This document shows positions 9,066 to 19,426 of a stretch of 64,000 nucleotides of DNA, piece after piece (the first letter of the stretch is position 1; each line of letters opens with the position of its first letter). The position numbers and the translations under genes were made by a program. Where the stretch lies: sequence record KT184316.1. The stretch is one strand, 5' to 3'. The DNA comes from Enterobacteria phage XTG1. The notes below the pieces were generated by a model. The model worked only from the letters and a program-made list of their open reading frames with translations. It had not been told where the DNA came from and made no database searches.

Positions 9066-10165
9066 TATTCATAATCCCTAATAACTAGCCCGACAGGGAA
9101 CTGTAAAGAACCCTTACGAGTCATCTTCTGGAACTGTACCGTTAAAGGTTTCCCGATAAACTCTTCAGGATGCTCAGCAAGATACTGTTTCTTCTCATGA
9201 GTAGTCTTCCATGAGACATCTACAAAGACGTTAGGAAGAGTCTCTACAACGAACTTACCGTGGCCACGCTTATCAGTCTTTACACCAGTCACTTTAAACT
9301 CTTCAGTGTGCATCTTCTTGTGCTTAATCAAGAAGTATGAACGGTGACAACACTCATAGAATGAGTCTTCAGAGATTGAACGGTACATTGCACCTTCAAA
9401 CTTAGCCTCAACCCACTTATCATGAGCTTCATCAAATTCTTCCCAAGAGTTCACACGGATAGTCTGTACAGGAACCACTCTACAGGTATCACCAAGCTCA
9501 ACAATGGGTGAATTATCAATAACTTCACGACGCTCAGGCCAAGATTTTGAATTGTCACAGATATCATACCAGTAGAATTTAAGAAGGTGGCGGTCTGGAT
9601 TGTCAGCATTCTTAATCATAGAGACAATATCTTCTAAGTCCCAACCATGAGCATAAATCTCACCATCAAAGTCTTCAACTTGTGGATGTAATTTAAGCAA
9701 CAAAAGCAAATCTGGAATTAGTTCTGCTGGAACGTTGTAAACAGTATTCTCACGAGAATAAGCCGTGAAGTTAACTAAATCAGCATCTCTTGAAATTCTA
9801 CAACGTACACCATCCAGTTTCGGTTGAGCATCAGCAGGGAACTTCAGATACTTTGCATGACTAACCTTTGCAGCATCATGAGCAAGCTGTACACCTACCT
9901 TCTCAGTATTCTGTGCAGACTCTTTTGTGTAAGCATAACCTTTACGGTCAACTTGCTTTTTATACTTAGCAGCAACTTCAAAGAGAGCTTGCTGTTCAGC
10001 ATTACGCTCATTCTTTTTACCGATGTTCTTAGGCTCTGCTGTGTACTCTTCAAACATCATCTTACCATTTTCTTTACCATAGGTTGTAATAACTTTGTCA
10101 CCTACAGCAACGCATGACCAGACGTTGAAGGAACCATCTTTATTTTGTTTGTATAGGATTGTCAT
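9065..10165 (-). CDS. ATP-dependent DNA ligase
   Basis: KLDGVRCR adenylation motif I (KxDG); start placed at the second in-frame ATG (10165), which has SD agagg; track start 10201 has no SD. Start is uncertain. Confidence 0.8.
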   Translation of the reverse strand: MTILYKQNKDGSFNVWSCVAVGDKVITTYGKENGKMMFEEYTAEPKNIGKKNERNAEQQALFEVAAKYKKQVDRKGYAYTKESAQNTEKVGVQLAHDAAKVSHAKYLKFPADAQPKLDGVRCRISRDADLVNFTAYSRENTVYNVPAELIPDLLLLLKLHPQVEDFDGEIYAHGWDLEDIVSMIKNADNPDRHLLKFYWYDICDNSKSWPERREVIDNSPIVELGDTCRVVPVQTIRVNSWEEFDEAHDKWVEAKFEGAMYRSISEDSFYECCHRSYFLIKHKKMHTEEFKVTGVKTDKRGHGKFVVETLPNVFVDVSWKTTHEKKQYLAEHPEEFIGKPLTVQFQKMTRKGSLQFPVGLVIRDYE

Positions 10166-10358
10166 TTTTAACCTCTGAGTGATACCAAGTATTGCAAGCA
10201 TTACATGCGTAAAGCTCTAAGTCATTTTTATCTGGTTTATGGAAACAGTTTGACCCACAACGACACCGGAATAGCTTACCATCAACACGAAGAATAAATG
10301 TTTCAAGCTCACCATCTTCTGTAAGAACTGCGTTCTTAAATTTATCTTCTACAGTCAT
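10140..10358 (-). CDS. Small zinc-finger protein
   Basis: 72 aa; CRCGSNC…CNACN cysteine cluster. Confidence 0.4.
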   Translation of the reverse strand: MTVEDKFKNAVLTEDGELETFILRVDGKLFRCRCGSNCFHKPDKNDLELYACNACNTWYHSEVKNDNPIQTK

Positions 10359-10612
10359 TTTCTCTTACCACCAATCTCTACGTCGATAACTTGAACATCG
10401 CCAGCAACATCAAACTTATGAATGATGCTTTCAACAGTGTAAGTCCAACCATCAATGCGAACCAACTCACCTTCTCGTGGGACGATTGGATTACGTTGAG
10501 CTACGGTTGTAGTGGAGTGAACAACATCATAACAATAGATGTAGTTTACTGAGACTTCCATCGTGAAAACCTCACTCAATAACCGTAGTGTGTGATTGTC
10601 CATTTTTGCCAT
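10355..10612 (-). CDS. Hypothetical protein
   Basis: 85-aa ORF, 4-nt overlap with downstream gene. Confidence 0.35.
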   Translation of the reverse strand: MAKMDNHTLRLLSEVFTMEVSVNYIYCYDVVHSTTTVAQRNPIVPREGELVRIDGWTYTVESIIHKFDVAGDVQVIDVEIGGKRK

Positions 10613-10808
10613 AGCTGTAAGATGTTGTTGTTTGAGAATTTGGACATCTTACAACAACAATATCTCTGCTTATAGCATCACCATGTAACTTGTATACTCT
10701 GCAATCTTGCATCTCTGGTGGGAGGCTGTAAGAAGCATTTTTATCTTCATAAGAAGGGTTGCAGCCAGATAGAAAAATAACACCAAGCGCAATTACTACT
10801 TTCCACAT
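10572..10808 (-). CDS. Small lipoprotein
   Basis: Signal peptide with lipobox (…VIALGVIFLSGCNPS); start placed at MWKV (10808). Confidence 0.5.
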   Translation of the reverse strand: MWKVVIALGVIFLSGCNPSYEDKNASYSLPPEMQDCRVYKLHGDAISRDIVVVRCPNSQTTTSYSYGKNGQSHTTVIE

Positions 10809-11465
10809 AACACTTCTCCTATTACTGTTCACGATGCTCTACTTCTCTGTATGTACGTCGATAATGAATGATAAGTGGTGCTAATTCATTGCTTTTAACA
10901 TTTGAACGTAACAGTTGCCAGTCAAAACCTTTACCAACTCTTCCATATAAATTAAAAAACTTAACTTTGCGTTTCATTTTCGGTATCCCCAATATTCAGA
11001 AGTCAATACTAATGCGTTCACCCTTAAGGACTCCAGTGCGGTCTCTTGCAATCTTGCCGTCAACAATAAGTATATGTGCAGCCCTTAAAGAGTCACCATT
11101 AAAAGCTTTTACGAACTTACTAGGCATCACTACAATGGACATCTCCTGAATCAACTCTGGAGTATAGCAGTTGTCGTGAAGTTGCTGAATAACGTCTGCA
11201 AGTGTCATTTTTGATGTCTCCAATACTCAATGTCAATAAGTTCTTGTGCAATGCTTTTCAGATTACCTTTCAAGAAAACCTTCTCAGAACCAGAAAGAGA
11301 TGAATTGTCAATTAACCTGTTCATTCTCTCAAACAATTTCTGTTTACGGTTCTTGATAGTTTCCTTTGAAGCACCTTTCATCATTGCTGCATGGGTTCTT
11401 CCACGGTGGCTCATAAGCCCTCCTATACAAGATACAGCATAAGGTACTCTTCCCTGAGCACCTTG

Positions 11466-11990
11466 TCAACTTAGTTTTGCAAACTCTCCGTGGAGTTTTA
11501 CAGCAGCTTCACAGTAAGCTTTATGGGCTTCTTCTGGTGTATCAAACATACCAAGATGATAGTTTTTACCTTGTAAACGTATCATTGCTCTAAACCTTTT
11601 GCTTATCTTCTGTACACCTTTTGGCAACCCAGATGGGGACTTTCTTGAACGATTGCAAGAGTTTTGTGAAGCTGTACAAACCCTTAAATTCAAGTACCTA
11701 TTGTCCCAACCGTCCCCATTCTTATGGTCAACCTGTAAGTTTTTATCAGGTAGATAGCCATCCACATATAGTATTGCTAGACGGTTAGCTTGGTAGCCTT
11801 TACCATCAAGCAATAACTGAACAGACTTGTGACCATCTGTGTTTATCCTATAATTTCCTGCCTTTTTGCCTCCAAAACGAGAGTTGAAGTTCTTATTGCC
11901 TCGTGATACCGGCTCTCTAAACTTCCAAGTAAAGACCCCTGTTTCGGGGTCGTAGTCCAATAGCTCCTTAAGACGAATTTCTGTAATCAT
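11466..11990 (-). CDS. HNH homing endonuclease with AP2-like DNA-binding domain
   Basis: HNH motif DHKNGDGWDNRYLNLRVCTASQN; C-terminal KRFRAMIRLQGKNYHLGMFDTPEEAHKAY AP2-like; abuts the 3' end of the DNA polymerase gene. Confidence 0.7.
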   Translation of the reverse strand: MITEIRLKELLDYDPETGVFTWKFREPVSRGNKNFNSRFGGKKAGNYRINTDGHKSVQLLLDGKGYQANRLAILYVDGYLPDKNLQVDHKNGDGWDNRYLNLRVCTASQNSCNRSRKSPSGLPKGVQKISKRFRAMIRLQGKNYHLGMFDTPEEAHKAYCEAAVKLHGEFAKLS

Positions 11991-12000
11991 TTCAATACCA

Positions 12001-14700
12001 TCAATGTACTTCCAACCAGCTCTTACCAACCTTTCCTGTGCCAGTTACAAGCGTCTCACTCTTCAAACCTAAATTCTTAGATGCCTGACCATACATCCAG
12101 TCAGTTATGGCTTTAACTTCTTGAGTCATACTTTCTGGGCATTCCCAACTGTTTTCATCGTGGTATGCCAGCAAAAGCCTAGCACCGATTGCTGGTTTTC
12201 GTCCATTTAATTTTGTCAATCCTTCTTCACATGTTCTTCTACAAGCAAGGTTAATCGCCTCATTTTGAATCTGAGCCTCTGAACCCATGAGCAAATAATT
12301 CAATAGCTTATGTGGAGATTTACACCACAACCAAGCTCCAGCAACCTTTACAAAACCCCCTTTAGAAATTGCAGCAGTCTTACCAAATACCTCTTCAAGT
12401 GCCTTTTTAGTTGCTTTGTAGTCAGCTTCCAAGTCATCTAGCAACTTCTTAATTTTAGGTAAACGAATAAAGTAAGTCTGTTTAGTCAGTGCACCTTCCT
12501 GAGTAGTTGCAGCTTTAATAGTTTTAGCAAACTTCTCATCACCTGCACCAAACAGCAGTGCATAGATACCATTCTTAGCTTTCTTACGACCTTTACTAAT
12601 CTCATGAAGAAGATTCTCATCCTGCGTTGCACGACAAGTTAAGATATCCTGCTCATCGTTCAAGCTAAAGTAGATACTGTTCAGTGTATGTGCATCAGTC
12701 CCTGAATAGACAACGTACAGGTCATTCTCAGAGTCATAGCGAAGGTACTTATCAATCTCTGGGTTGAGGTACTCATCAAAATGTTTGCAGTAATAGCGTC
12801 CATCTTCTTGACGAATGAACTCAATTTCTTCTTTACCTTGCGTCACCGCTTTGGTGAAGTCTTTATCACCCATAAAGTTACAAAGCAGAACTAGCTGGGC
12901 TGAGTTCATATCTACAGAGACAACGTTAGTACCTTCCTCACAAATCCACACTGCCCTCATTGGTTCCCCATAGACAGCAGCACCAGACGGTACGTTTACA
13001 ATACCATATTGTGTCATACGTCCAGTTGAAGTACCAAACACCATTGCACCAGCACTAAGGCGACCATCAGGACGAATCTGGTTCAACCAACCTTTTTCAT
13101 CATCCTTTGAGTTCTCAATAGTTCTGCGTCGGTGCATCAAAGTATAGTACTTAGCAATCTTCTGTCCAAGCTCACCTTCAATCGTATCATAAGATGATTC
13201 AGTAAGTTTTGGTGAAGTACGGATTAAGCAAGGCTCAAGCAAATCTGTGTACTTCTTCACAGACCAGTTATGCTCAATGTACTGAACACCTTCATGTTCA
13301 ACATAACTTAAACCACAACGTTCTACCATCTCCTGCCACTTAGGATGTTTTGTAATCATCTTTTTATTGTCTTTGAAACGACAAACTTTGACAGGGCGAC
13401 CGTCTGAGTCTTTCTTGTAGTTCCAGTCATCTGGAATCCAACCAACTGATTTCAAGTAGTCTTTAACAACTGCTACCTGAGTCATACGAGAAACTTCAAA
13501 CTCAATTGGTGTATATGGTGCATCAATCAAACCCGTGTAGCGACTTGACTCAAGTTCAAAGTGGTTAACAACGTGGCTGTTATAGTACTTCACGGTTTTG
13601 ACTGTTTTTACTGGCTTCCAGTCTTTGCATTTCTTACCAATCTTTGCGTTCAACTCATTGCAAATTGCACGAGCATCCTTCATTGCTACAAAGCCTTCCT
13701 TGTACTCTTCACCAGTTACAGAGTTGGTTGGTGTATAGCAATTTCTCTTTTCAATGTTAAAAATCTTTGTAGTTGGCTTACCAAATGGCTTGATTTCATA
13801 TGTCTGCATCTCACCATTACGTACCTGCTGACGATACTTTGTCTTAGGGTACTTGGTAATTCTTTTCAGTCCATCTGCATGACCAAATGCTTCAACATAC
13901 TCATTCCAAGCCTTTGCAAACTCTTCTCCAGTGACTTTACCTTTGGTCTTAATAGTTGGAGGTAGATGTGGTTCAACCTCTGAAGCAAGCTCATTAGTCA
14001 ACTTGTCAAGTTCCTTTACATGGAACTCCATAAGCTCTTTATCAGCTTTCCAGCCATTGATAGCTTGTTGACTCATCCAGAAAGATGTTTCTTTAGCTCG
14101 CATGTAGGTTTCATAAGTGTCTATGCCACACTTCTTAAGCTTCAGGTATTCATTATCCAGTGCACGTTTAGTTTTGGCGTTAATACGGATATCTTCTACA
14201 ACACGAGTGAAGATTTCTGCATTCCACACACCCCAATGTTCAATCTCTGGTTTACGAACACCAACACGAGCACCCCATGCAGCCAAACCATGAGCACCTT
14301 TATAACCCTTTGGAGTTGGTCTATCCATCCACTGAACACGAGACTGGATAAGAGAATCCTGAAAGAAATTACTCCACGGTTTACACTTTGGATTATCAAA
14401 GTTCCATAAATCAGGTGCAATGTGATTGAAAACCCACCAGTCATAACCGAGACCATTGTGAATGCAAAGACGTTTTGCCTTTAACGCAAACTCAATACCT
14501 TCACGTAAGCCACCCTTAATATACTTGGTATACTTGTGACCGAGGATAGGCTCATCTGTAAAGACCCACACAGGCGGCTCTTCATCGTCAGATTTATAGT
14601 CTGCAAAAGCCATTACGTGCACTTTAGTGAACTCAAGGAGTAAACCATCAGTTTCTGTATCACCAACTAAATGTAAGTTTTTAAAATCTACGTTTTCCAT
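12001..14700 (-). CDS. DNA polymerase, family A (Pol I/T7-like) with 3'-5' exonuclease domain
   Basis: Exo I motif GDTETDGL; Pol A motif A (DMNSAQLVLL), motif B (KAKNGIYALLFGAG), motif C (YHDE); start placed at MENV (14700) with SD gagggag. Confidence 0.9.
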   Translation of the reverse strand: MENVDFKNLHLVGDTETDGLLLEFTKVHVMAFADYKSDDEEPPVWVFTDEPILGHKYTKYIKGGLREGIEFALKAKRLCIHNGLGYDWWVFNHIAPDLWNFDNPKCKPWSNFFQDSLIQSRVQWMDRPTPKGYKGAHGLAAWGARVGVRKPEIEHWGVWNAEIFTRVVEDIRINAKTKRALDNEYLKLKKCGIDTYETYMRAKETSFWMSQQAINGWKADKELMEFHVKELDKLTNELASEVEPHLPPTIKTKGKVTGEEFAKAWNEYVEAFGHADGLKRITKYPKTKYRQQVRNGEMQTYEIKPFGKPTTKIFNIEKRNCYTPTNSVTGEEYKEGFVAMKDARAICNELNAKIGKKCKDWKPVKTVKTVKYYNSHVVNHFELESSRYTGLIDAPYTPIEFEVSRMTQVAVVKDYLKSVGWIPDDWNYKKDSDGRPVKVCRFKDNKKMITKHPKWQEMVERCGLSYVEHEGVQYIEHNWSVKKYTDLLEPCLIRTSPKLTESSYDTIEGELGQKIAKYYTLMHRRRTIENSKDDEKGWLNQIRPDGRLSAGAMVFGTSTGRMTQYGIVNVPSGAAVYGEPMRAVWICEEGTNVVSVDMNSAQLVLLCNFMGDKDFTKAVTQGKEEIEFIRQEDGRYYCKHFDEYLNPEIDKYLRYDSENDLYVVYSGTDAHTLNSIYFSLNDEQDILTCRATQDENLLHEISKGRKKAKNGIYALLFGAGDEKFAKTIKAATTQEGALTKQTYFIRLPKIKKLLDDLEADYKATKKALEEVFGKTAAISKGGFVKVAGAWLWCKSPHKLLNYLLMGSEAQIQNEAINLACRRTCEEGLTKLNGRKPAIGARLLLAYHDENSWECPESMTQEVKAITDWMYGQASKNLGLKSETLVTGTGKVGKSWLEVH

Positions 14701-14760
14701 TTTTACTCCCTCTAAAATCATTAACCTCATACATTACTGCAAAAAATTATAAAAAGCAAG

Positions 14761-14790
14761 TTGACAATGTACTTGACAAGGTGTTAATCT
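14761..14790. promoter_or_regulatory. Divergent-promoter motif: tandem TTGACAA boxes (TTGACAATGTACTTGACAAGGTGT)
   Basis: Near-identical 24-mer recurs at 61290-61313 in another divergent intergenic region; a related pair is at 50026-50047. Confidence 0.5.
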
Positions 14791-14957
14791 TTGCGAAGTG
14801 GGTTTTTACTTAAAAGGTTACTTAACAGTTTAACTATACAGATACTTTAAAACTCTTAAAAGATTATTTAATAGCTTTTAAAAAGCTTTAAAGTATAACG
14901 TATAGAATACGTTAAGATAAAAGATTAAAACTTAATAGTTACTTAAAAGAGGCTTAC

Positions 14958-15380
14958 ATGCAGAAAATGTTTGTTCACCCAGACATAGCTGACTTTGTTA
15001 GAGCTTTGCAGAAGTTGGAAGAACTTGACATTGCTGCTCAACGGGAATATGCTCACCATCACAGGAGAATGGTTGATATACAACATGAAATAGAGTTGTC
15101 TGAAAACTATGAAGATGACTTAAAATGCTCTGTATTTGAGCATATGAAAGATGTTGCTACAGCGAGACGTAAAGCTAAAGACACAGTTGCTTTACTAGAT
15201 TCTCTTAAAAAGAGGTTGCAAAGTGGTACAGACCTGTGTAATCTAGCATCACTGATTAACGATGTTGAAACTTCTTGGGATAGGCACTATTATCCACGTT
15301 CTGAAAAGACACTTGACTTTTCTTCATCCGAAAACTTAAAATGTTCTAGAAAGAAACTTAACCAACTGAGAGAGAAATAA
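14958..15380 (+). CDS. Hypothetical protein
   Basis: 140-aa ORF; first gene of the rightward block. Confidence 0.45.
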   Translation: MQKMFVHPDIADFVRALQKLEELDIAAQREYAHHHRRMVDIQHEIELSENYEDDLKCSVFEHMKDVATARRKAKDTVALLDSLKKRLQSGTDLCNLASLINDVETSWDRHYYPRSEKTLDFSSSENLKCSRKKLNQLREK

Positions 15381-15381
15381 T

Positions 15382-16182
15382 ATGAATATCGATGTAGAAA
15401 AGATGCTTGAAGAGAAAGGTGTTGATGAAGCATTCTTAATCAATGCCGTAGAAAGCATGGCTATGATTCTTCGTGGTAATAACTACACAGAACAGTTTAT
15501 GCCTGCAAGCTATAACTTGCCTGAAGACAAGTCTGATAACGGTGCTTTTGCAGAACAGGTCAACATGATGTTAACAGACACTACACTTGCTCTGGCATCT
15601 ATTGCGGTTGGTGTTGATGCACTTGCTGAGTTCATTTTTTATGAAATGCAAAAGAATGACTATATCAGGATGTCAGACGAAGATAAGGAACTGTTGCTGA
15701 CTAAGGACACTGATTTCATTATTGATACGCTTATCTCATCAACGAGTGCTGTTATGGCTGTTCTTGAGAAGCGTATGGAAGAGAAACTTTCACGATATGA
15801 AAAACTTGATTGGGGCGTAGAAGAATTAAACCCACGAATCAAAGAGATTATCCAGCAAACTAAAGAGTCTTTGGAAGAAGCTGTTGAAAATGACTCTGTA
15901 GCTGACATTGAACCACTTCAGGTGAAAGTTGCACTGATGATTCCAGCTATCTCTACGATGATGAATATCGTTGCACTAATCCAACTGTCACAGATGATGG
16001 GTGTGAGTATTGAGTTCATTGAGGAAATGACTGGTGGCGTTAGTATGCAAGCAATCAATGATGTTTTGGTGAACATTGGTGCTTCAATCATTGAAGAGAA
16101 ACTACGCATTAACTTCGGTGATGATTTTGTGAAGCAAATCTCAGCTATGGCTGAAAAAGAGTCTGCTGAGCAACTGCACTAA
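15382..16182 (+). CDS. Hypothetical acidic protein
   Basis: 266-aa ORF, 2-nt gap from upstream ORF. Confidence 0.45.
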   Translation: MNIDVEKMLEEKGVDEAFLINAVESMAMILRGNNYTEQFMPASYNLPEDKSDNGAFAEQVNMMLTDTTLALASIAVGVDALAEFIFYEMQKNDYIRMSDEDKELLLTKDTDFIIDTLISSTSAVMAVLEKRMEEKLSRYEKLDWGVEELNPRIKEIIQQTKESLEEAVENDSVADIEPLQVKVALMIPAISTMMNIVALIQLSQMMGVSIEFIEEMTGGVSMQAINDVLVNIGASIIEEKLRINFGDDFVKQISAMAEKESAEQLH

Positions 16183-16200
16183 GTCTTTATAAATCTTACA

Positions 16201-16225
16201 AGCCTCCTTAGTTGGGGGCTTTTTA
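16201..16225 (+). terminator. Intrinsic terminator
   Basis: gcctcc-ttagtt-gggggc hairpin followed by TTTTT. Confidence 0.55.
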
Positions 16226-16243
16226 GTAATTAAGGGAGATAAA

Positions 16244-16987
16244 ATGAGTAATATTATCGCATTTACTGGAAATGCACGTTCTGGAAAAGACACCTCATGT
16301 TCTATTGTGAAGAACATCTTAGAGGATGAGTATGGCTACAATGTTGCTGTAATGGCCTTTGCAGACAACCTTAAACTATCTGCATCAAAGATATTTGACT
16401 TGACTTGGAATGACCTGTACGGTGAAACTAAAGAGACTCCACAGGTTTTTGACTTATCATACTCTGAACTGATGTTTAAAGTTACGGAAGCTATGGAGTT
16501 CACCTTCAGAGATGAACGTTACCATATGGACTTCAAGCTTATGTCAGAGTTAACCGGACGATTAATCATGGAGCTTAAGAAGGTTGCTAAACCGACTCTA
16601 TTGACACGTCTGGGGTTTAGTAAAAAGTATAAATTCTCATCAAGACAAATTCAACAGATTTGGGGTACTGAAGTTGTCCGTAAAGTAATGGGCGACAAGT
16701 TCTGGTCTAAAGACCTTGAAAAAAGAATGGTTAGATTCCATGAAATGTGCTCACTTAGAAACCAATATGGTTTTGTCTTAATCAGTGATTTAAGATTTGA
16801 CTCTGAAGCTGAATGGCTGAGTAGATTTGCACACCAAACTATTGAAGTAAAAAGAGACAATGTGGGCAAAGTTTCATCACATGTTTCAGAAAATGGGATT
16901 TCTACAAAATATGAGCGTGACATTATTCATAATAATGGTACTCTTGCAGACCTTGAGAACAAGCTAAGAGCCATCATTAAAGTTTAA
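16244..16987 (+). CDS. Deoxynucleoside monophosphate kinase (T4 gp1-like)
   Basis: P-loop IAFTGNARSGKDT resembles the G-x-KRSGKDT loop of phage dNMP kinases. Confidence 0.7.
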   Translation: MSNIIAFTGNARSGKDTSCSIVKNILEDEYGYNVAVMAFADNLKLSASKIFDLTWNDLYGETKETPQVFDLSYSELMFKVTEAMEFTFRDERYHMDFKLMSELTGRLIMELKKVAKPTLLTRLGFSKKYKFSSRQIQQIWGTEVVRKVMGDKFWSKDLEKRMVRFHEMCSLRNQYGFVLISDLRFDSEAEWLSRFAHQTIEVKRDNVGKVSSHVSENGISTKYERDIIHNNGTLADLENKLRAIIKV

Positions 16988-16995
16988 AAGAGAGA

Positions 16996-17196
16996 ATGAA
17001 GATGAGAGTAAAAGACAATTTTAAAGTTATTGACCACCGTTTAGTGGAACTCTCATTTCTTTCCAATGAGGTAATGATTGAACGTCTTAAGAGAGTTGAA
17101 TCACGAAGGAAAGAGATTGCAGATGAAATTCATGAACTGGACAAGATTGAAAATGGATTGAAGGCAGAACTACAACGAAGAGGTGCTAATGTCTAA
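16996..17196 (+). CDS. Hypothetical coiled-coil protein
   Basis: 66-aa ORF. Confidence 0.35.
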   Translation: MKMRVKDNFKVIDHRLVELSFLSNEVMIERLKRVESRRKEIADEIHELDKIENGLKAELQRRGANV

Positions 17197-19174
17197 AGGT
17201 CGTAAATTGAAAGAGGCTGGTCAGTTTATTGGTCATTGTGCATGTCCACGTTGTGGTTCATCAGACGCTGGTTCAATCTATCATCATGACGATGATTCTT
17301 ATTCGATGACTTGCTTTAGTTGTAACAAAGGTTTCCCAGAGTGGGATTTTGATAAAGGACAAATCGTGAGCACTTATTCTACTGGTTCAGACAATAAAAA
17401 CCGTACTTTCCGTGGAATGGATTTAGACGATGTGAAAGAAAACCTTGAAGCAATGGACTTAAAGGACAGGAAGATTCCTGCAAAAGTTCTTGAGCGTTTA
17501 GGTATCAAGGTTGACATTGACAGTGATGGTGAAATTGACGCGCATTTCTACCCAACTTACAAACGCAATGAAGATGGCAAGCTAGAGCATGTTGGCTACC
17601 GTGTTCGTCACCGTTACCCAGAAGACCATCCAAAAGAGCACCTACGAGGTAAGTTAAAAGACTTTTCTGGTGGTGTTGGAGACATTAAAGGTGAACTGGC
17701 AATGTTCGGTTCATGGATTGCTCCAGAAGGTGGTAACCGTCTATTCATCTGGGAAGGTGAGATGGAATGTGCGACAGCAATCTATATGACTTCTCTTGCG
17801 ATTAAGGACAAGTCTCGTCGTAAAAATTACTGTCACGTATCTGTTCCATCAGGTGCAAACATCAAGTCTATCAAGGATAACTATCAGTACATTACATCAT
17901 TTGATGAGATTTACTTGTGCTTTGATAACGATGAAGCAGGTGCTAAAGCCACTAAAGAGGCTGCTGGTATCCTACCTATTGAGAAGGTTCGTTTATTCCA
18001 GTATCCAGAAGGCGTAAAAGACCTTAACGAGTGGTGGACAAAGTTCTATAAAGAGAAAGATACAGTTCTGGAAGGATTTAAGCAGCGTATCTACAATGCA
18101 CCTCGTTACTGTCCTGCTGGTATCAAGAACTTTGCAGATGGTTTTGAGGCAATGAAGAATCGTGGTCAGATTCCATTGATTCCTTTCCCAGAATCTTTCG
18201 GAGATTTGAACAGGCTGACTTATGGTGGTTACGGTTTAGGTGAGATTACAACTATTGCAGCACCATCTTCAGTAGGTAAGTCAGCTTACACTCGTGAGAT
18301 GATTTACTCAGCTTGGAAAGAAACTGATTATAATATCGGTGTAATTCCTGTAGAAGATACCTATGAAGAGTTGATGGAGATGCTCTGTGCAATCCACCTG
18401 AGCAAGCAGATTTCTGAGATTCCTTATGATGAACGGGATTGGGATGAATTAAAAGGAGCACACGCAGAACTTTCAAAAGGTCGTCGTATCCATATCGTTG
18501 ACCATCAAGGGGCAATTGACCAAGATAACCTGCTAGAGTTTGTTGACTATCTTGTTAACAGTTTAGACTGTAAGATTATCATTCTTGACCCTATCACGTT
18601 AGCCCTGTCACGTTCTGATACGGATGAAGAAGAAGTTTTGTCTGAGCTATTGCGTCGTTGCAAACGCTACCAGTATGCGCAGGTGAACGTCTGTCACGTT
18701 CGTAAGAGTGCAGGCGGTCAGAAGGCTAACTCCGAAGGTGGAGATATCTCTGAAGAGGATATTAAAGGTTCTGGTGCGTATTTCCAGATTTCTATGAACA
18801 ACATTCTGTTAATGCGTAACAAGGTTGACCCAGACCCTGTTAAGAAAAACTTGACAAAAATCAAGTTAACTAAATGCCGTCGTCACGGTAAGTCAACGGG
18901 TATTGCTGGTCATACTTGGTACAATCCAGATACAGGACGTCTCATTAAAGCATCTGGTTGTGGAGTTGACATTGATGGTGCAGCAGAAAATATTCGTCAA
19001 CAGTTTGGTATTGGTGAAGCTGAAGACCATTATGATGACTCTTTGCCTCATTATGAGGATGAAGTGTTTGACCGTGAGACTGGTGAAGTCTATACTGAAG
19101 AACAACGTCAAAGCTCAACGATTCCACCTGTATTAAGTGAGGATGCAGATGACTGCCCGTTTGAAACTGAGTGA
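17189..19174 (+). CDS. Bifunctional DNA primase-helicase (T7 gp4-like)
   Basis: N-terminal Cys4 zinc ribbon (CACPRCGS…CFSCNKG), TOPRIM-like centre, DnaB-type Walker A (AAPSSVGKS); start moved to ATG 17189 (track start is GTG). Confidence 0.88.
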   Translation: MSKGRKLKEAGQFIGHCACPRCGSSDAGSIYHHDDDSYSMTCFSCNKGFPEWDFDKGQIVSTYSTGSDNKNRTFRGMDLDDVKENLEAMDLKDRKIPAKVLERLGIKVDIDSDGEIDAHFYPTYKRNEDGKLEHVGYRVRHRYPEDHPKEHLRGKLKDFSGGVGDIKGELAMFGSWIAPEGGNRLFIWEGEMECATAIYMTSLAIKDKSRRKNYCHVSVPSGANIKSIKDNYQYITSFDEIYLCFDNDEAGAKATKEAAGILPIEKVRLFQYPEGVKDLNEWWTKFYKEKDTVLEGFKQRIYNAPRYCPAGIKNFADGFEAMKNRGQIPLIPFPESFGDLNRLTYGGYGLGEITTIAAPSSVGKSAYTREMIYSAWKETDYNIGVIPVEDTYEELMEMLCAIHLSKQISEIPYDERDWDELKGAHAELSKGRRIHIVDHQGAIDQDNLLEFVDYLVNSLDCKIIILDPITLALSRSDTDEEEVLSELLRRCKRYQYAQVNVCHVRKSAGGQKANSEGGDISEEDIKGSGAYFQISMNNILLMRNKVDPDPVKKNLTKIKLTKCRRHGKSTGIAGHTWYNPDTGRLIKASGCGVDIDGAAENIRQQFGIGEAEDHYDDSLPHYEDEVFDRETGEVYTEEQRQSSTIPPVLSEDADDCPFETE

Positions 19175-19426
19175 TAGTTATAAAAGAGAGGGGTTCACAC
19201 CCTTCTTTGAAGAAAAAAGTTTAAATAAATTTCAGGAAGAGTGTTTGACAAAGGTTGATAGGTTCTATAGAATGCTCTACATGAAATGTGATGGGGGTGT
19301 TGAGGTAGAAGAAAAGTTCCATCACAGTATTATCACAGTCACTATTACTATACCTGAACATAATATTGGTTGGCTGTTTATAATGAAAGAAAATGTGTTT
19401 GAATATCAAGTATATCGGAGAATATC

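Noticed and set aside
13561-14456. ORFs overlapping or antisense to the DNA polymerase gene (13561-13965, 14020-14409, 14196-14456)
   Set aside because: The polymerase frame has clear family A motifs; these ORFs have hydrophobic or low-complexity translations and no RBS.
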